Shown in pieces: positions 13,760-27,444 of a DNA stretch of 64,000 bases. The stretch comes from Macrostomum lignano (lineage: Eukaryota). The stretch covers positions 151,431 to 215,430 of the forward strand of contig NIVC01002541.1 of assembly GCA_002269645.1 (NCBI GenBank). The letters are read 5' to 3'. A program made the position numbers and the translations under genes. Under the pieces are notes generated by a model that was not told the DNA's origin, made no database searches, and saw only the letters and a list, made by a program, of their open reading frames with translations. The first letter of the stretch is position 1; each line of letters opens with the position of its first letter.

Positions 13760-14375
13760 GCTGCTCGCTATCTACCCTATGGTGTGCTCGCTATCTACCC
13801 TATGGGGTGCTCGCTATCTACCCTATGGTGTGCTCACTATCTACCCTATGGTGTGCTCGCTATCTACCCTATGGGGTGCTTGCTATCTACCCTATGGTGT
13901 GCTCGCTATCTACCCTATGGGGTGCTTGCTATCTACCCTATGGTGTGCTCGCTATCTACCCTATGGGGTGCTTGCTATCTACCCTATGGTGTGCTCGCTA
14001 TCTACCCTATGGGGTGCTCGCTATCTACCCTATGGTGTGCTCACTATCTAATCTATGGTGTGCTCGCTATCTACCCTATAGTTTATTCGCTATCTACCCT
14101 ATGGGTGCTTGCTATGTACTCTATGGTGTGCTCACTATCTACCCTATGGTTTATTTGCTATTTACCCTATGGTGTGCTCGCTATCTACCCTATGGTGTGC
14201 TCACTATCTAATCTATGTTGTGTTCGCTATCTACCCTATGGTTTATTCGCTATTTACCCTATGGTGTGCTCGCTATCTACCCTATGGTGTGCTCACTATC
14301 TAATCTATGTTGTGTTCGCTATCTACCCTATGGTTTATTCGCTATTTACCCTATGGTGTGCTCGCTATCTACCCT
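13760..14375. repeat. 23-bp minisatellite (TATCTACCCTATGGTGTGCTCGC)
   Basis: Direct reading; between PRELID1 and PGAM5. Confidence 0.95.
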
Positions 14376-14881
14376 AGCATACTCCTACCTAAACACAAAT
14401 AAAGACGCGCATTAAATTTACAAAACAAATCATAACAGTTTTACACTTTTAATTAATATAATTAAACTATGCATTCAAACTTGCGCCACTGTGAAACAAT
14501 CTTCGGTAGAAATCCAGTTGGTTCTCATATCCTTGAACTAAGCTTTTCGTTTATTAGTTAGTTATTTATTTATTTGTTGCAACAAACGTTGAACTCTACT
14601 AATAGTAGGCTAGTTAGCTGGGGAGAGATTGAGTTTAAAAGTAAAAAAACCCACAGAAAGTAATATATTAAAAATATGAGTATGCAAAATATTGCATAGG
14701 TTACAATTAAATCCAGCAAATAGAAATATGTTATGAAGAAATTATTAATATATAGTCGGTACAATAAACTATAGACATGGGAGTTGTCCGGGTAGTTTTC
14801 ATATTTGATTTTCCTCACGAGTCGATCTCGTAACTTTGAAGACCATAAAAAATCAGCAATTTAGCAGAGAACTCGGGTCAA

Positions 14882-15983
14882 TCATTTATCTGATTTTGCG
14901 CAGACCGGGCAGAGGCAGCGAATTCTGCGACTGGCCAACAGGCCGCCCGGCCCGGCGCCAACATGGTTGAGCTTGTCGCGCAGAGACTGCCTGGCAGATC
15001 TGGCCAGCTCTTGGCCGGCTTTGTAGTTGCCGCGGGCCTTCTCAACAACGTTGGGAAACATCTGGCTGAGCACGTGCATGAAGCCGCGGTTCGTGTCCTC
15101 CACCCGCTTGGCGTAGCTGCTAATGAAGAAATTGTTTGCCTTGCGCTGGAGCCAGTCTGACACGCGGACAGTGTGCCGGATGCGGACGGTTTTCAGCACC
15201 TGGCGCAGGTGGAGTGGGACAGACAAATAAAGCTTATGACTGAATTTATTGAGAAACGGTGTGCGATAAGCAGAGTGTAAAGGGGGTGGGTCAGAGGATC
15301 GGGGGTGGGTGATAAGCAGAGTGTAAAGGGGGTGGGTCAGAGGATCGGGGGTGGGTGATAAGCAGAGTGTACATATGGCTGGGGCAGGGGATTGTGGGGT
15401 GGGTGATAAGCAGAGTGTACATATGGCTGGGGCAGGGGATTGTGGGGTGGGTGATAAGCAGAGTGTACATGGGGCTGGGGCAGGGGATTGTGGGGTGGGT
15501 GATAAGCAGAGTGTACATATGGCTGGGGCAGGGAATTTGGGGGTATTTGATAAGCCAAGTGTACATGGGGCTGGGTCAGGAGATTGTGGGTGGGTGGATG
15601 GACATAGAGCTCACCCGAGTCTCATCCCCACACGGAGTGTAGTGCACGGTCTCGGTGAAAACGCCCAGCCGAGTGAGCAGTCCGATATTCCTTGTGGTTG
15701 TGACAATAGACTTGGCAGCCGGATCGATAACCGAGTCTTCAACAATGTACTCGCACATGCTGGTCAGGGATTTCAAATACCAGGGCAGCGCGCCGGGGGA
15801 TCTCTGTTTAACTAACAGTCGGCGGGTGTGCAAACAGCCGTCCACAATGCGCCTGTCGACAACGTCCTCTGCGACAATATGCTTAGCGTAGGGATTAGGA
15901 TAGCGCCGCCAAAACGCCAGACAGACCCGTTCCCAGCTGAATGGCAGGCGCTGCGTCACTGATAGATGGCCGCTGTCCGCCAT
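14882..15983 (-). CDS. PRELID1: PRELI/MSF1-domain mitochondrial lipid transfer protein, PRELID1/Ups1-like (2 exons)
   Basis: Exons 15615-15983 and 14882-15199 with a phase-0 GT-AG intron. Motifs FWRRYPNPYAKHIVAEDVVDR, RRLL and YIVEDSVIDP..K..TTTTRN match PRELID1-type proteins better than PRELID3/slowmo. Confidence 0.88.
15255..15600. repeat. ~51-bp minisatellite filling the PRELID1 intron
   Basis: Direct reading. Confidence 0.9.
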
Positions 15984-16104
15984 GCTTAGACAGGGCAGTC
16001 GCCTCTCACATGCATGCAATAATTAGGGTTTGTGACGGCAGTAAAGTTTAACCCAAATCCATTGTTTTGCAAAATATACTCCTAATCTACCTTAATCCTA
16101 TCCC

Positions 16105-16570
16105 CTCCAATATACACACCACACTCTTTAACCACCTCAACACCCCCAATGTACACCACACTGCTTAACCGACTAAAACTGCCCCGATGTACACACCACA
16201 CTGCTTAACCGACTCAAAACTGCACCCAATGTACACACCACACTCCTTAACCGACTCAAAGCTGCCCCCAATGTACACCACACTCCTTAACCGCCTCAAC
16301 ACTTCTCTAATGTACACACCACACTCCTTAACCGCCTCAACACCCCCTAATGTACACACCACACTCCTTAACCGACTCAAAACTGCCTCCAATGTACACC
16401 ACACTCCTTAACAGACTCAAAACTGCCTCCAATGTACACCACACTCCTTAACCGACTCAAAACTGCCTCCAATGTACACCACACTAATTAACCGACTCAA
16501 AACTGCCTCCAATGTACACCACACTAATTAACCGACTCAAAACTGCCTCCAATGTACACCACACTCCTAA
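16105..16570. repeat. ~41-bp minisatellite
   Basis: AATGTACACCACACTCCTTAACCGACTCAAAACTGCCTCC-type units. Confidence 0.9.
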
Positions 16571-17229
16571 ACCGCCTTTACTCTAATAGTGCAAATGTAT
16601 GATACTGCAATCAGACACTAGAACTAGAACCAACTGTTTAGAAGAGTAAATAAGTAAAGCAAAACAGTGTTACATATCTCACAAAATAGGATAAAATTTC
16701 TTTCACCGAGAGCGATTGTGCAGACATGAATAGTACACAATGCACTTTCTGTTTGAAAATAGCAAACTAATTAAATCATGCGACTAAAATTAAAAGCCAC
16801 AATTAGGTTGACAAATTCTAATTGGGCAAGCGCTTTAATAATATTTGACAGGCCAATAAGCTACTTGAACAATAATTTGATACTTGCTTAAAATTATGAA
16901 TATACGAGCGTAAAATCACAGTGGCTGAAACTACTTTCAATTTGGAATAAAATATGTTATCAATAGTTGCAAAAAGTCTTTCCCATGACAAAATATCGAA
17001 AAAAAACTTTTTGCTATTGTCAATGGTCGCCCTTCAAATGGTTTCGAAGCTAAAGAAAAACTGCATTGCTTTAAAAACAGGGAATGAAAACACATTAGCA
17101 TAATTCGTAAGTTATTATTAAAGTAAATTGCACGTAAATTGCACGCACTAACCTAATCAGGAAAGCCGAATAGTCGATATTTTATCAGACACAAGAAACA
17201 AGGGTAAGCCGCGACAGGCGAGGGTTTGG

Positions 17230-17650
17230 CCGGGAGCGAGTGTACGCTGGGGATAGAGTGGAGTGAAATTGATGGGTGGGAGCGAGAGTACACTGGGGAT
17301 AGAGTAAAGTGAAATTGAGGGGTGGGAGCGAGTGTACACTAGGGGATAGAGTAAAGTGAAATTGAGGGGTGGGAGCGAGTGTACACTAGGGGATAGAGTG
17401 AAGTGAAATTGAGGGGTGGGAGCAAGTGCACGCTGACGATAGAGTGGAGTGAAATTGAGGGGTTGGAGCGACTGTATGCTGGGGATAGGTAAAATTGAGG
17501 GGTTGGAGCGAGTGTACACTGGGGATAGAGTGGGGTGAAATTGAGGGGTTGGAGCGAGTGTACACTGGGGATAGAGTGGGGTGAAATTGAGGGGTTGGAG
17601 CGAGTGTACACTGAGGATAGAGTGAAGGAAATTGAGGGGTACACTGCGAA
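17230..17650. repeat. ~55-bp minisatellite
   Basis: GAGCGAGTGTACACTGGGGATAGAGTG..GTGAAATTGAGGGGT units. Confidence 0.9.
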
Positions 17651-18164
17651 AGGGTACACAAACAATGCAGTGAAGAAAATGAAAACTAGATTCTTGCAGA
17701 GGCCTTAGACTTCAGTTAGGATTTCATGGCAATTATTAAGTAGCGGTTAAATGGTTAAATGAGTTGTTGAAAGATTCGATATAATTTTAAAAGTAAAAGT
17801 TGACTATGCTATTTTTTCAAAATCGAACATAGCCGAACAAAAAGCATAATAAATGTTTATCAAATTTGCGGAAAAAAATAAAACTAATTATCAATAAATT
17901 TGGCAGATACAATCAGGGTAAGTGAAACACGTGTCATCTTTGCATTTTCTTCAAATTCTGCGCAACAAAAAATCATAACTAAGTAGCGAATTAAATAGCT
18001 ACACGTCGCAATTACAAATACAAAGCGAGGAGAAAAAACAGGCATTACAATTAGACGCAAAGCGAACCAGTTGAAAGTCCCATCTTTCGACAGGTAAAAA
18101 ACGACAGTTTAAAAATCCTCATTGAAAGGAAAGCACAGCAGACTAAGGCCCAGCCGCCGCCAGT

Positions 18165-21100
18165 TCACAGCGATCCCCGAATCAGGTTGCCATCATCGAA
18201 GCTGAACTGCACCGCCTTCTTGCCGCCTTCAGCCACGGCAGCGACAGCCGCCGACGTGGCCGCGGTGGCCAGACGAACGCCGCCGACTCGGCGACGCCGC
18301 CTAACCGAGGAACCGGCACGGCGGGGCACGTCGACGCCCAACTGATCGTCGCCCGATTCGTCATCGGCGGCGCCGGCATCCATGTCGTCGTCAACGCCGC
18401 CGAATAGCTCGGGATCGCTAAAGTGCTGCGGCTCATCCTGCAACGCACCGTCGCCACCGACACCGCTGCCGATGATGCCGTTGTCGACAGCGTCGTTCTG
18501 CTGGCTGCCAGCCGGTATTTTATCGCCATTTTCACCGACATTATCGTCGTAATCTTCGTCGGAGTTGCTCGTCGAACTGCTGGAATCGTCGTCAAGGCAA
18601 CCGTCCGACCACACTACCGGGCTTCTCCGTCCGAGTCGTTTAGCGCCAGCCGGGCACCTCGGCCGCCGCTGCCGCCTCCGCCGCCGCCAGCGGGGTTGTC
18701 AATGCGGCAGAGCATCTCGGCCAGGTCGGTGAAGCGCAGAGAAGGCGGCGCCTGCTCCTCCGGCGCGGTGGCGGCCACGGCTGCGGCGGCGGCCGCTGCG
18801 GCGGTGGCAGCAGCATTGGGATTGGTTGAGGATGCCAGGGGATCGGACTGTTGGCGGCTGATCTGCAATGGCCGAAGTCGGGATGTTCGGTAATTCGGGA
18901 GGATGTTCGGGAGGTTGCAGGTAACACAGGTAGAATAGGAAAGAATTTACTCGCCAAAAAGTCATCAAAAAGTCGCCTAAGATTAAATTTCAAGGGTTTT
19001 TATTGTGTGCGACTCTGAAACGACTCCGGGGACCGTAGACTCGTGTCTGGAGTCGCTAAAGAATCGCTGAGTTGCGTCTAAAGCGCATCTGCGTCACTTT
19101 AATGAATCAGAATCGCATTTCAGATTTTTAACAACTCAATGGTAGAAAGTTGAGCGCTAATACGACTTTTGGACGACTTTTTAGGCACTCTTACGATTCT
19201 GCAACTCACACGATGCCCTAGTGACTCAACAGTCGCCTCTCAGTCGCATTGCAGTCGCCCATCCTCGCATATATTTGCCCACACCAATCATTAGCAATCT
19301 GAAGTTACCAACAAGCCGCACAAAAGGTTGAAAAGAACACATTACCAGTCAGAGTAGCCACAAACTTGGGGCCTGTTGCAATGCTTGCTTGCTCCCAAGG
19401 TACAGCTTGTGTTAAGCACAATATCATGAAAACTCACCTGTCGTTTAAACACCGGCAGCTTTTTAGATCGGCTCCACTTGGTAATGGCGTCCAATGCGTA
19501 GCGATAGCCGACCTGGTAGATTTCTTCAAACGAGCCGAATTGCAGAGTGGCGTATCGTTCAATTGGCGGCCGCAGGTATTCGCACAGGCCGTCAGATTTC
19601 ACGCGCTCCAATTGGCGAACGCAGGACACGTACGCCAGACGGGACTGGATCTCGGTCAGGTTCGGCACGTTCACCTGATTGGGCGAAGTGATGCATTACA
19701 CAACCTGATTGCGAAACTTAGCTAAGACAATGGAACAACTGCTGTCCTAAATAAGCTAATTGAGCTCCAGTGTGACATAGATAAGCTAATTGAGCTCCAG
19801 TACAGGTAAGCTAATAGAGCTCCAGTACAGGTAAGCTAACTGAGCTCCAGTGTGACATAGATAAGCTAATTGAGCTCCAGTACAGGTAAGCTAACTGAGC
19901 TCCAGTGTGACATAGATAAGCTAATTGAGCTCCAGTACAGGTAAGCTAATTGAGCTTCAGTGTAACACAGGTAAGCTAATTGAGCTCCAGTGTCACACAG
20001 GCAAGCTAATTGAGCTCCAGTATCATACAGGTAAGCTAATTGAGCTCCAGTGTCACACAGGTAAGCTAATTGAGCTCCAGTGTCACACAGGCAAGCTAAT
20101 TGAGCTCCAGTATCATACAGGTAAGCTAATTGAGCTCCAGTGTCACACAGGTAAGCTAATTGAGCTCCAGTGTCACACAGGCAAGCTAATTGAGCTCCAG
20201 TGTCATATAGATAAGCCAATCAAGCGGGTGTCACGGGTGAGCTAATTAAACAACAGTCGCATATAGCCATGCATCAAACTAAATAGACGGAGAAGGTCGC
20301 ACCTTGGCGGCAAACGGATTAATCCGCTTGTACAGCAGCCACCAGCCGGACAGCTCGTCTCCATAATTAGTCAAATTAGTCTCATCCTGCGACCCGACAT
20401 CCACAGCGAAGATAGTAGACGGGGCAAACTTAGTTTTCATCACATCGGCCGGCAGGTTGTTGACGTAGCCGCCGTCTAGGAGCAAGTTGCCGCTGGCCGG
20501 GTCGCACAGGGGCGGCAGGTAGCCGCTCAGAGACATGCTGGCTCGAACGTAGCGCCACAACGAGCCGCTGGTGTGAACTCGCATCTGCGATTTAGTAATA
20601 TCAGTAGTGATGCAGAAATATGGCAGCCACAGGTCCTCGATGCAACGATCGCCAAACACAGATTCGATGCCGCGGTTGAATGCCCGGCCAGTGAACATTG
20701 CAGTCTGAGGATAGGTGAGATCCACCAGCTTGTTCCACAGCGAGCTCATCTCTTTAGAGAACTGCCGAGCCCTGGCTTCGAAGCCTTCTAGACGGGTCTC
20801 CTCAGCCCACAGGGCGCCCATGAACGAGCCGATGCTGGTGCCGCCAACCATGTCGATGGGGATGCCGTGCTCAGTGAGTGCGCGCACAATGCCAACGTGA
20901 GCGATGCCTCTGGCGCCGCCGCCGCCCAGTACCAGGCCTACCGCTGTGTTGGTGACCACTCGGGCCAGACGGGAAATGTCCGACATCGGGTCTGGCGGCT
21001 CGGCGAATACGCGTCTGCGGAGGCGAGATTGCTGCTCATTGTTGGGGCTGATCAGAATCATGAGCAAATGGCATTTTGGGGGCAGAGGCTGGGGTAGTTG

Positions 21101-22703
21101 ATGTACATTTGTGGGCAGAGACTGGGGTAGGTGTTAATACATTTGGGGGCAGAGGATGGGGTAGGGGTTAATGCACATTTGGGGGCAGAGGCTGGGGTAG
21201 GGGTTAATGTACATTTGGGGGCAGAGGCTGGGGTAGGGGTTAATGTACATTTGGGGGCAGAGGCTGGAGTAGGGGTTAATGTACATTTGGGGGCAGAGGC
21301 AGGGGTAGTTAATGTACATTTGGGGCAGAGGCTGGGGTAGGGGTCAATGTACATTTGGGGGCAGAGGCTGGGGTAGGGGTCAATGTACATTTGGGGGCAG
21401 AGGCTGGGGTAGTTAATGTACATTTGGGGCAGAGGCTAGGTAGGAGTAAGTGTACACCCGGGGTAGGAGTTCAAGGAAAGGAAAGGCGGTAGAGTCGCAT
21501 CTTAGTCGCCCCCCCCCCCCCAGAAGGCAAACTCAGAGCAAACCGAGAACAGCAATGTAGACAAGGCGATCACCTGTAAACCTCGAGCAGCCGGCTGGAG
21601 CTGGCACCGGCTCCGGCGCCGCGCCTACGGCTAAACATTCGACGCGGGGCGCGCACGTGCAGGTGCTGTTGAATCACCAGACGATTGTCACCGAGGGGCT
21701 CGGAGGCGCGACTTAAAAACTCGCCAGTTTTTCCTGCAGTGGGCGCGTCGTTATGTCAATGTCTCAATGGTCCGTTCATTAAAATGCACTACTGACTGTC
21801 TGTCTGCCTGTCTATCTATTTAGGTCAAAAAGTCCACTGTGACTGCAGGAATGTGGTGTATGCCATTATGTGCAAGACTTGCAATGACCGCTGTATCTAC
21901 GTAGGTGAGAGAGGAGGCGCTCTTAAAGTCAGACTTTAAGCTCACCTGAGCGACATCAGACTGGCTAAGGACACCCCAATCTCCAGACACTTTCGGTCAC
22001 CAAACCACAGTATTCACGACCTCCGCTTTATGGGTCTGTGGTACCTCAGTACTGAGTGCCTGGCCACTAAAGAGGGCGCTCAACGCAGGCGAGGAATATG
22101 GAGCAGAAGCTCATCGCTTTACTACAGACTCAGACTCCAGCAGGCTTAAACATCGTCATCACTGAAAAAGACGCCTGCATCCCAATTGTGATCTGTTTCA
22201 CGGACCACTCTGGGCGAGTTGTTCATCAAATTCGCACGGCCATTTCGAACCACGCTGCAGAGCTGGATACGGTGGCTGCCTATACTCGCTCTCGCTCATT
22301 AAAGGACATTCTATGTCCATCCAACCTGCCCGCCGGAACTAATGGTCAGTCTCGAAACTCAAACCTCTTTTCTGATGAGCACTAGATGTACAGGTGTACA
22401 CACGCATTGCAACGTAACGCTCCAACCATATTGATCATTTTATTTTACACGTGGTTTTTTATATACTCACTATAAATACTCAACTCTGTTTTAATTTACC
22501 CACTTTCACAGATTTTTATTTACAATATACCCTGACGAAGACCCGGTTCGGGTTGAAAATTTGTTTTTTTTCTTGGAATTTAATTGGAGAAATTGTGACT
22601 TTGCTTCAACTGTATGCGTGGTTTCCTTTCGCCTTATCTATTTATCTATCTATCTATCTATCTATCTATCCATCTATCTATCTATCTACAGTGTATCTAT
22701 CCA

Positions 22704-22742
<39 letters not shown>

Positions 22743-25700
22743 GTCTGCCCGCCAGTCTCACCAGGCGTGGGATAGAGCGTGCTCTCCTTATGCAGCAGAA
22801 TGAGCATGTTGAGCACTCGGCAAGAATCGGGCAGCACTACCTGCCGCACGTGATCCATAGTTTCAACTCTATCGCTGGCCAGAGCCACAATCAGCACACA
22901 ATCGGCCTGCCGAATGCACCGCTTTGTCCAGGCGGTCTTGTCCAGGTCGCAGAGGTACAGCAGCAACCGGTGATCGTCCTCCTGCTGAGCCAGCCAGCTG
23001 GTGACCCGGTACTCCTGGTCGCGATCGAATGCTCTGCGACCGAATCGTTTGAGCATGATGCGGGAGTTGAGGCGCAGACTGGCCCCGATGGTTGACATGG
23101 CGTGCTGCAGCTCCAGGGAGAATGCTTCTAGGGGCACCTGGGGAAAATTGCAGATGAGAAATTTGAATGATTGAATCGGTATCGAAATAACCTCACTCAT
23201 TCAGCAGCCTCTCAAATAGCTTGGCTTCCATAGCTACCTCACTCATTCAGCAGCCTCTCAACCAGCTTGGCTTCCATAGCTACCTCACTCACTCAGCAGC
23301 CTCTCAATCAGCTTGGATTCCATAGCTATCTCACTCACTCAGCAGCCTCTCAATCAGCTTGGCTTCCATAGCTACCTCACTCATTCAGCAGCCTCTCAAC
23401 TACTAGCTTGGATTCCATAGCTACCTCACTCATTCAGCAGCCTCTCAACTACTAGCTTGGATTCCATAGCTACCTCACTCATTCAGCAGCCTCTCAACCA
23501 GCTTGGCTTCCATAGCTACCTCACTCATTCAGCAGCCTCTCAACCAGCTTGGATTCCATAGCTACCTCACTCATTCAGCAGCCTCTCAACTACTAGCTTG
23601 GATTCCATAGCTACCTCACTCATTCAGCAGCCTCTCAACCAGCTTGGCTTCCATAGCTACCTCACTCATTCAGCAGCCTCTCAAATAGCTTTGATTTTAT
23701 AGCTACCTCACTCATTCAGCAGCCTCTCAAATAGCTTGAGCTATTTACCTTAGTGCTAGCTGGGAACAGGGCCACAGAACGCAGGTTGGACATTGGCAAA
23801 CGGTACAGCTCGAACTCTCGCCCAGTCCTAGACTCAGGATTGTCAACAATATTGCCAAGAAGCCATTGCGACACCAGAGTGGTGAGTCGGGTCACTATAT
23901 ACGGATGACGCCGCTTGATGTTGTCCAGCAGGTCAACCGGGATGGCGGCCAGCTCGCTGTCCCGTACGGCCAGCACGGTGGTGGCTCTGGGCCTGGTGGT
24001 GAACACTTCTAAGAAACCAACCAGATCGCCCCTGCCCAGCTCGGCTGTGAGCTCCTTGTGACCCTGAGGAGTTGTGTGTGCCTGGCGAAGGCGGCCGTGC
24101 AACAGCAAGTAGACAGCGTTGGCGATGTCGCCCTGCAAGGCGGAGAATAGCCAGATAGCAGTTGTGTACTTTTAAATAGACTGGACTTCAGCTTAGATAA
24201 TAGTTATTAGCTGAATACTAACCGCAATCAACTCTGCTTAACTTGGAGGTGCTAACTCGTGTCTAGAGTCGGCTGTAGAATCACTGAGTTGCGTCTAACT
24301 AAAGCACATCTGCGTCGCTTAATGAAGAAGAATCGCATTTCACATTTATAGCAACTCTATTTAGTCTACTTAAGTAAGTAGAAAGTTAAGCGCTAGCACA
24401 ACGACTCTTAAACGACTTTTTCTACGGTCTTAAAGCTCACGTGATGCCCTAGTGACTCAACAATCGCCTCTCAGTCGCATTGCAGTCGTTTGAGTCAGTC
24501 AAAAAAGTCACAAGAGCCGGCCCAGAGTTGCCTGAGTCACTACTGAGCTGTTTTCAACGGGATATGCTTTTACACTACTGTCAGTAGTTTTAGCCAGGGA
24601 AAATATTTCTGGTAGGGCTAGATCGCAAGTTTTGGGCTTCCTTATAATTATCGAGCAGTTGAAGCTCTGGGTAAAGAAAAATTGCCAGTCTTGGAACTTT
24701 GTAAGCCGAACTAAGGCAGTTAGAAGAAGTAAGGTAAGACTGGTGAAAAGGTTAGGGAATGCGTAAAACTGTTAAGGGTAGTCTATGCCTAATTTATATT
24801 GCACAACTAAGAGTTAACTATTGTAAGAACTATTGCATGCTTAAATCCTACATTTTTTTCGTTTTACATCTTTGGAGTAAATAAAAATATTTGGGTGTCC
24901 TGACTCAATTCTTTGATCTCTAAGTATCTAGGATTAGAGAAATCACGAGCCTGGTAGAAGCAATCTACCAAAACTCAAACCAGTTATAATCCATTAAGCA
25001 TAACAATAACAAGCAGTAGCCTAAGCCGCAAACCACACTTCCATAAATATTTCCAAGAGCCTAACCTGCTTATAGAGCGGCTTGCCAGACTCCAGGCAGA
25101 GCCAGTCCAGCACAAAGTCCACCTGTCTGAGAAACGGCGACAGTCGTCTAACAATTAAACTGGCCAGTGGCAGCACCAGACTGGGCTGGGCCCGCATCAG
25201 GGCGTAGAAATCCCGGCTGCTGATGGCGGCCACGCAGGCGTCGGCTTCGCAGCGGACGGTGAAGAGCGACGCCTCGCCAGTGAGAATAGCGATCATGCCG
25301 CAGAGCTCGCCAGGACCGGCCGAGTAGAGCAGACTGGAGCCCTGGTAGCCCTGGAGCGCGGGATGAAAAATCATATGGAAGGCTAGCAGGGGTCAGTGGC
25401 AACGTGATTCAAGGGGTCAACAGGGTTCAATGATAGATGGAGTAACGGAGTTCAATGGGAAACGCTGATCAATTGGTTATGGGTAATGGTAATGGGCTCA
25501 ATGGAACAAAAGGAGCTAAGGGGTTAACGGGGGTCGAAGACAAAAAAGGTCAAAGGGATAACGGGGGTTAAGGGGACAAAGGAGCCAAGGATTTAACGGG
25601 GGTCCAAGACAAAGAAGGTCAAGGGGGTAACGGGGGTCAAGGGGACAAAAAGGGTCAAAGGGGTAAGAGGTCAAGAGGACAAGAGGTCAAGGGGGTAGGG

Positions 25701-27311
25701 GTCAAAGGGGTAAGAGGTCAAGAGGACAAGAGGTCAAGGGGGTAGGGGTCAAAGACGTCCCGTTCATGGGCTCATGGGTAACGTCAGTCAAGCAATGCTC
25801 AAGAAAGGATGACTCTGATAGGGAGAGCGAATGCTGAGGTCACTCATAATCACAAATGTAATTGAGACCCGTGTCCAGACAGTTCGCAGAGGAACAGCCC
25901 ACCTGCTGCGTCACAGCCAGCCTGCCAGTGACAACATAGAACAGCGTAGGCAAATGCTCGCCCTGCTTGGCCAGCTTGGCGCCGGCGTGCACATTCGCCA
26001 GGCTGACCCGACCGTCCAGCAGGCTGGCATCGGACAGGCCAAACAGCTCGGCCAGGTCAGCCTGGGCAGCGGACAGCAGCTGCTCCTGACGGGCCGCCTC
26101 CGAGTCTTCTGGGCCTGCGAAAATAAAAAAACAGTTGGGTAATTGACTGTCTATGGACACACCCGGTTCCGACACTGCCCACAAACTCGACATTCCAAAA
26201 CTAGCTTTCGACACACGACACTCCGACATTATCCGACACACTCAACATTTCGACATTCCGACAAAATCTATCGACACATTCGACATGATCAATCGACACA
26301 CAAAACAATCCGACACTCGACATTCCGACACTATCCATCGACACTCGAGATTCCGACATTATCCATCGACACTCGACATACCGACGCTATACATCGACAC
26401 TCGACATACCGACACTATCCATGGACACACTCGACATTCCAACACTATCCATGGACACACTGATTCTGATTCTGATCCCCGCGCAACAAATGTAGATGAG
26501 GGAAATCCTTACCATCCTGATCCTGTCGCGGTCTTCGCTGCTTCCGAAGTCGTTGAAAAGTGACAGGCGTGCCATCACGTCCGGCTCGCTGCTGCTGCTG
26601 CTGCTGATGCCGCAGGCGGTGCTGGTGATGCCCGACTCCGCCGCCACCGCTGCCAACAATGCGCGGCGCCTCGCCCATAGCCAGCAGTGACCGGTCGCCC
26701 GAGCTTGCTCCGGCGCCGCCCTTTCCGTTGCCGTCCAATTCGCTGTCGGAGTCCTCGCTATCCTCGCTAGTGAAGATGACACCCGGTCGGCCTTCGGTTC
26801 TATCCAAGTTTGTCGACGAAGCGCTGGCGGTCCGTCGGTGATGCTTCGACGTCCAGCGTCGGTCGTTGCGCCGCCTCCGCATGGCGGTCTCCTCGGCGGC
26901 GTCGAAGTCGGTGGGATCGCCTCGATCTGCCAGGCCCGAGTCGGAGCCGGCGGAATCCGCTGAGGCGGCGGTGGCAGACGGCGACTTCGACCGGGAGCGG
27001 CGGAACACCCGGATGGGAATGGCTGCCGACGGTGTGGGCGTCAGGACCGGTGGCGGCTTTGATGCCATCGGCACCGGCTGGGGCGCTGGAGTGCTGGAGC
27101 CGGGGGGGACGCCGGTTGCCGCTGCAGCCGAGGAGGCCAGGCTCAGCACCCGACAGCCGGATGGCGCATGGGAGTCTGAGCTGACCAGCTCGCTAGTGAG
27201 TCCTAGGTAGCCGTTAAGCGCCTGTTTTGTGCAAGTTATACAGGCTGTAATAAGATACGGATGGCAGACAGACAGACCGACACAAAGACAGAGACACACA
27301 GACAGGCAGAC

Positions 27312-27360
<49 letters not shown>

Positions 27361-27371
27361 GGCAGACAGAC

Positions 27372-27444
<73 letters not shown>

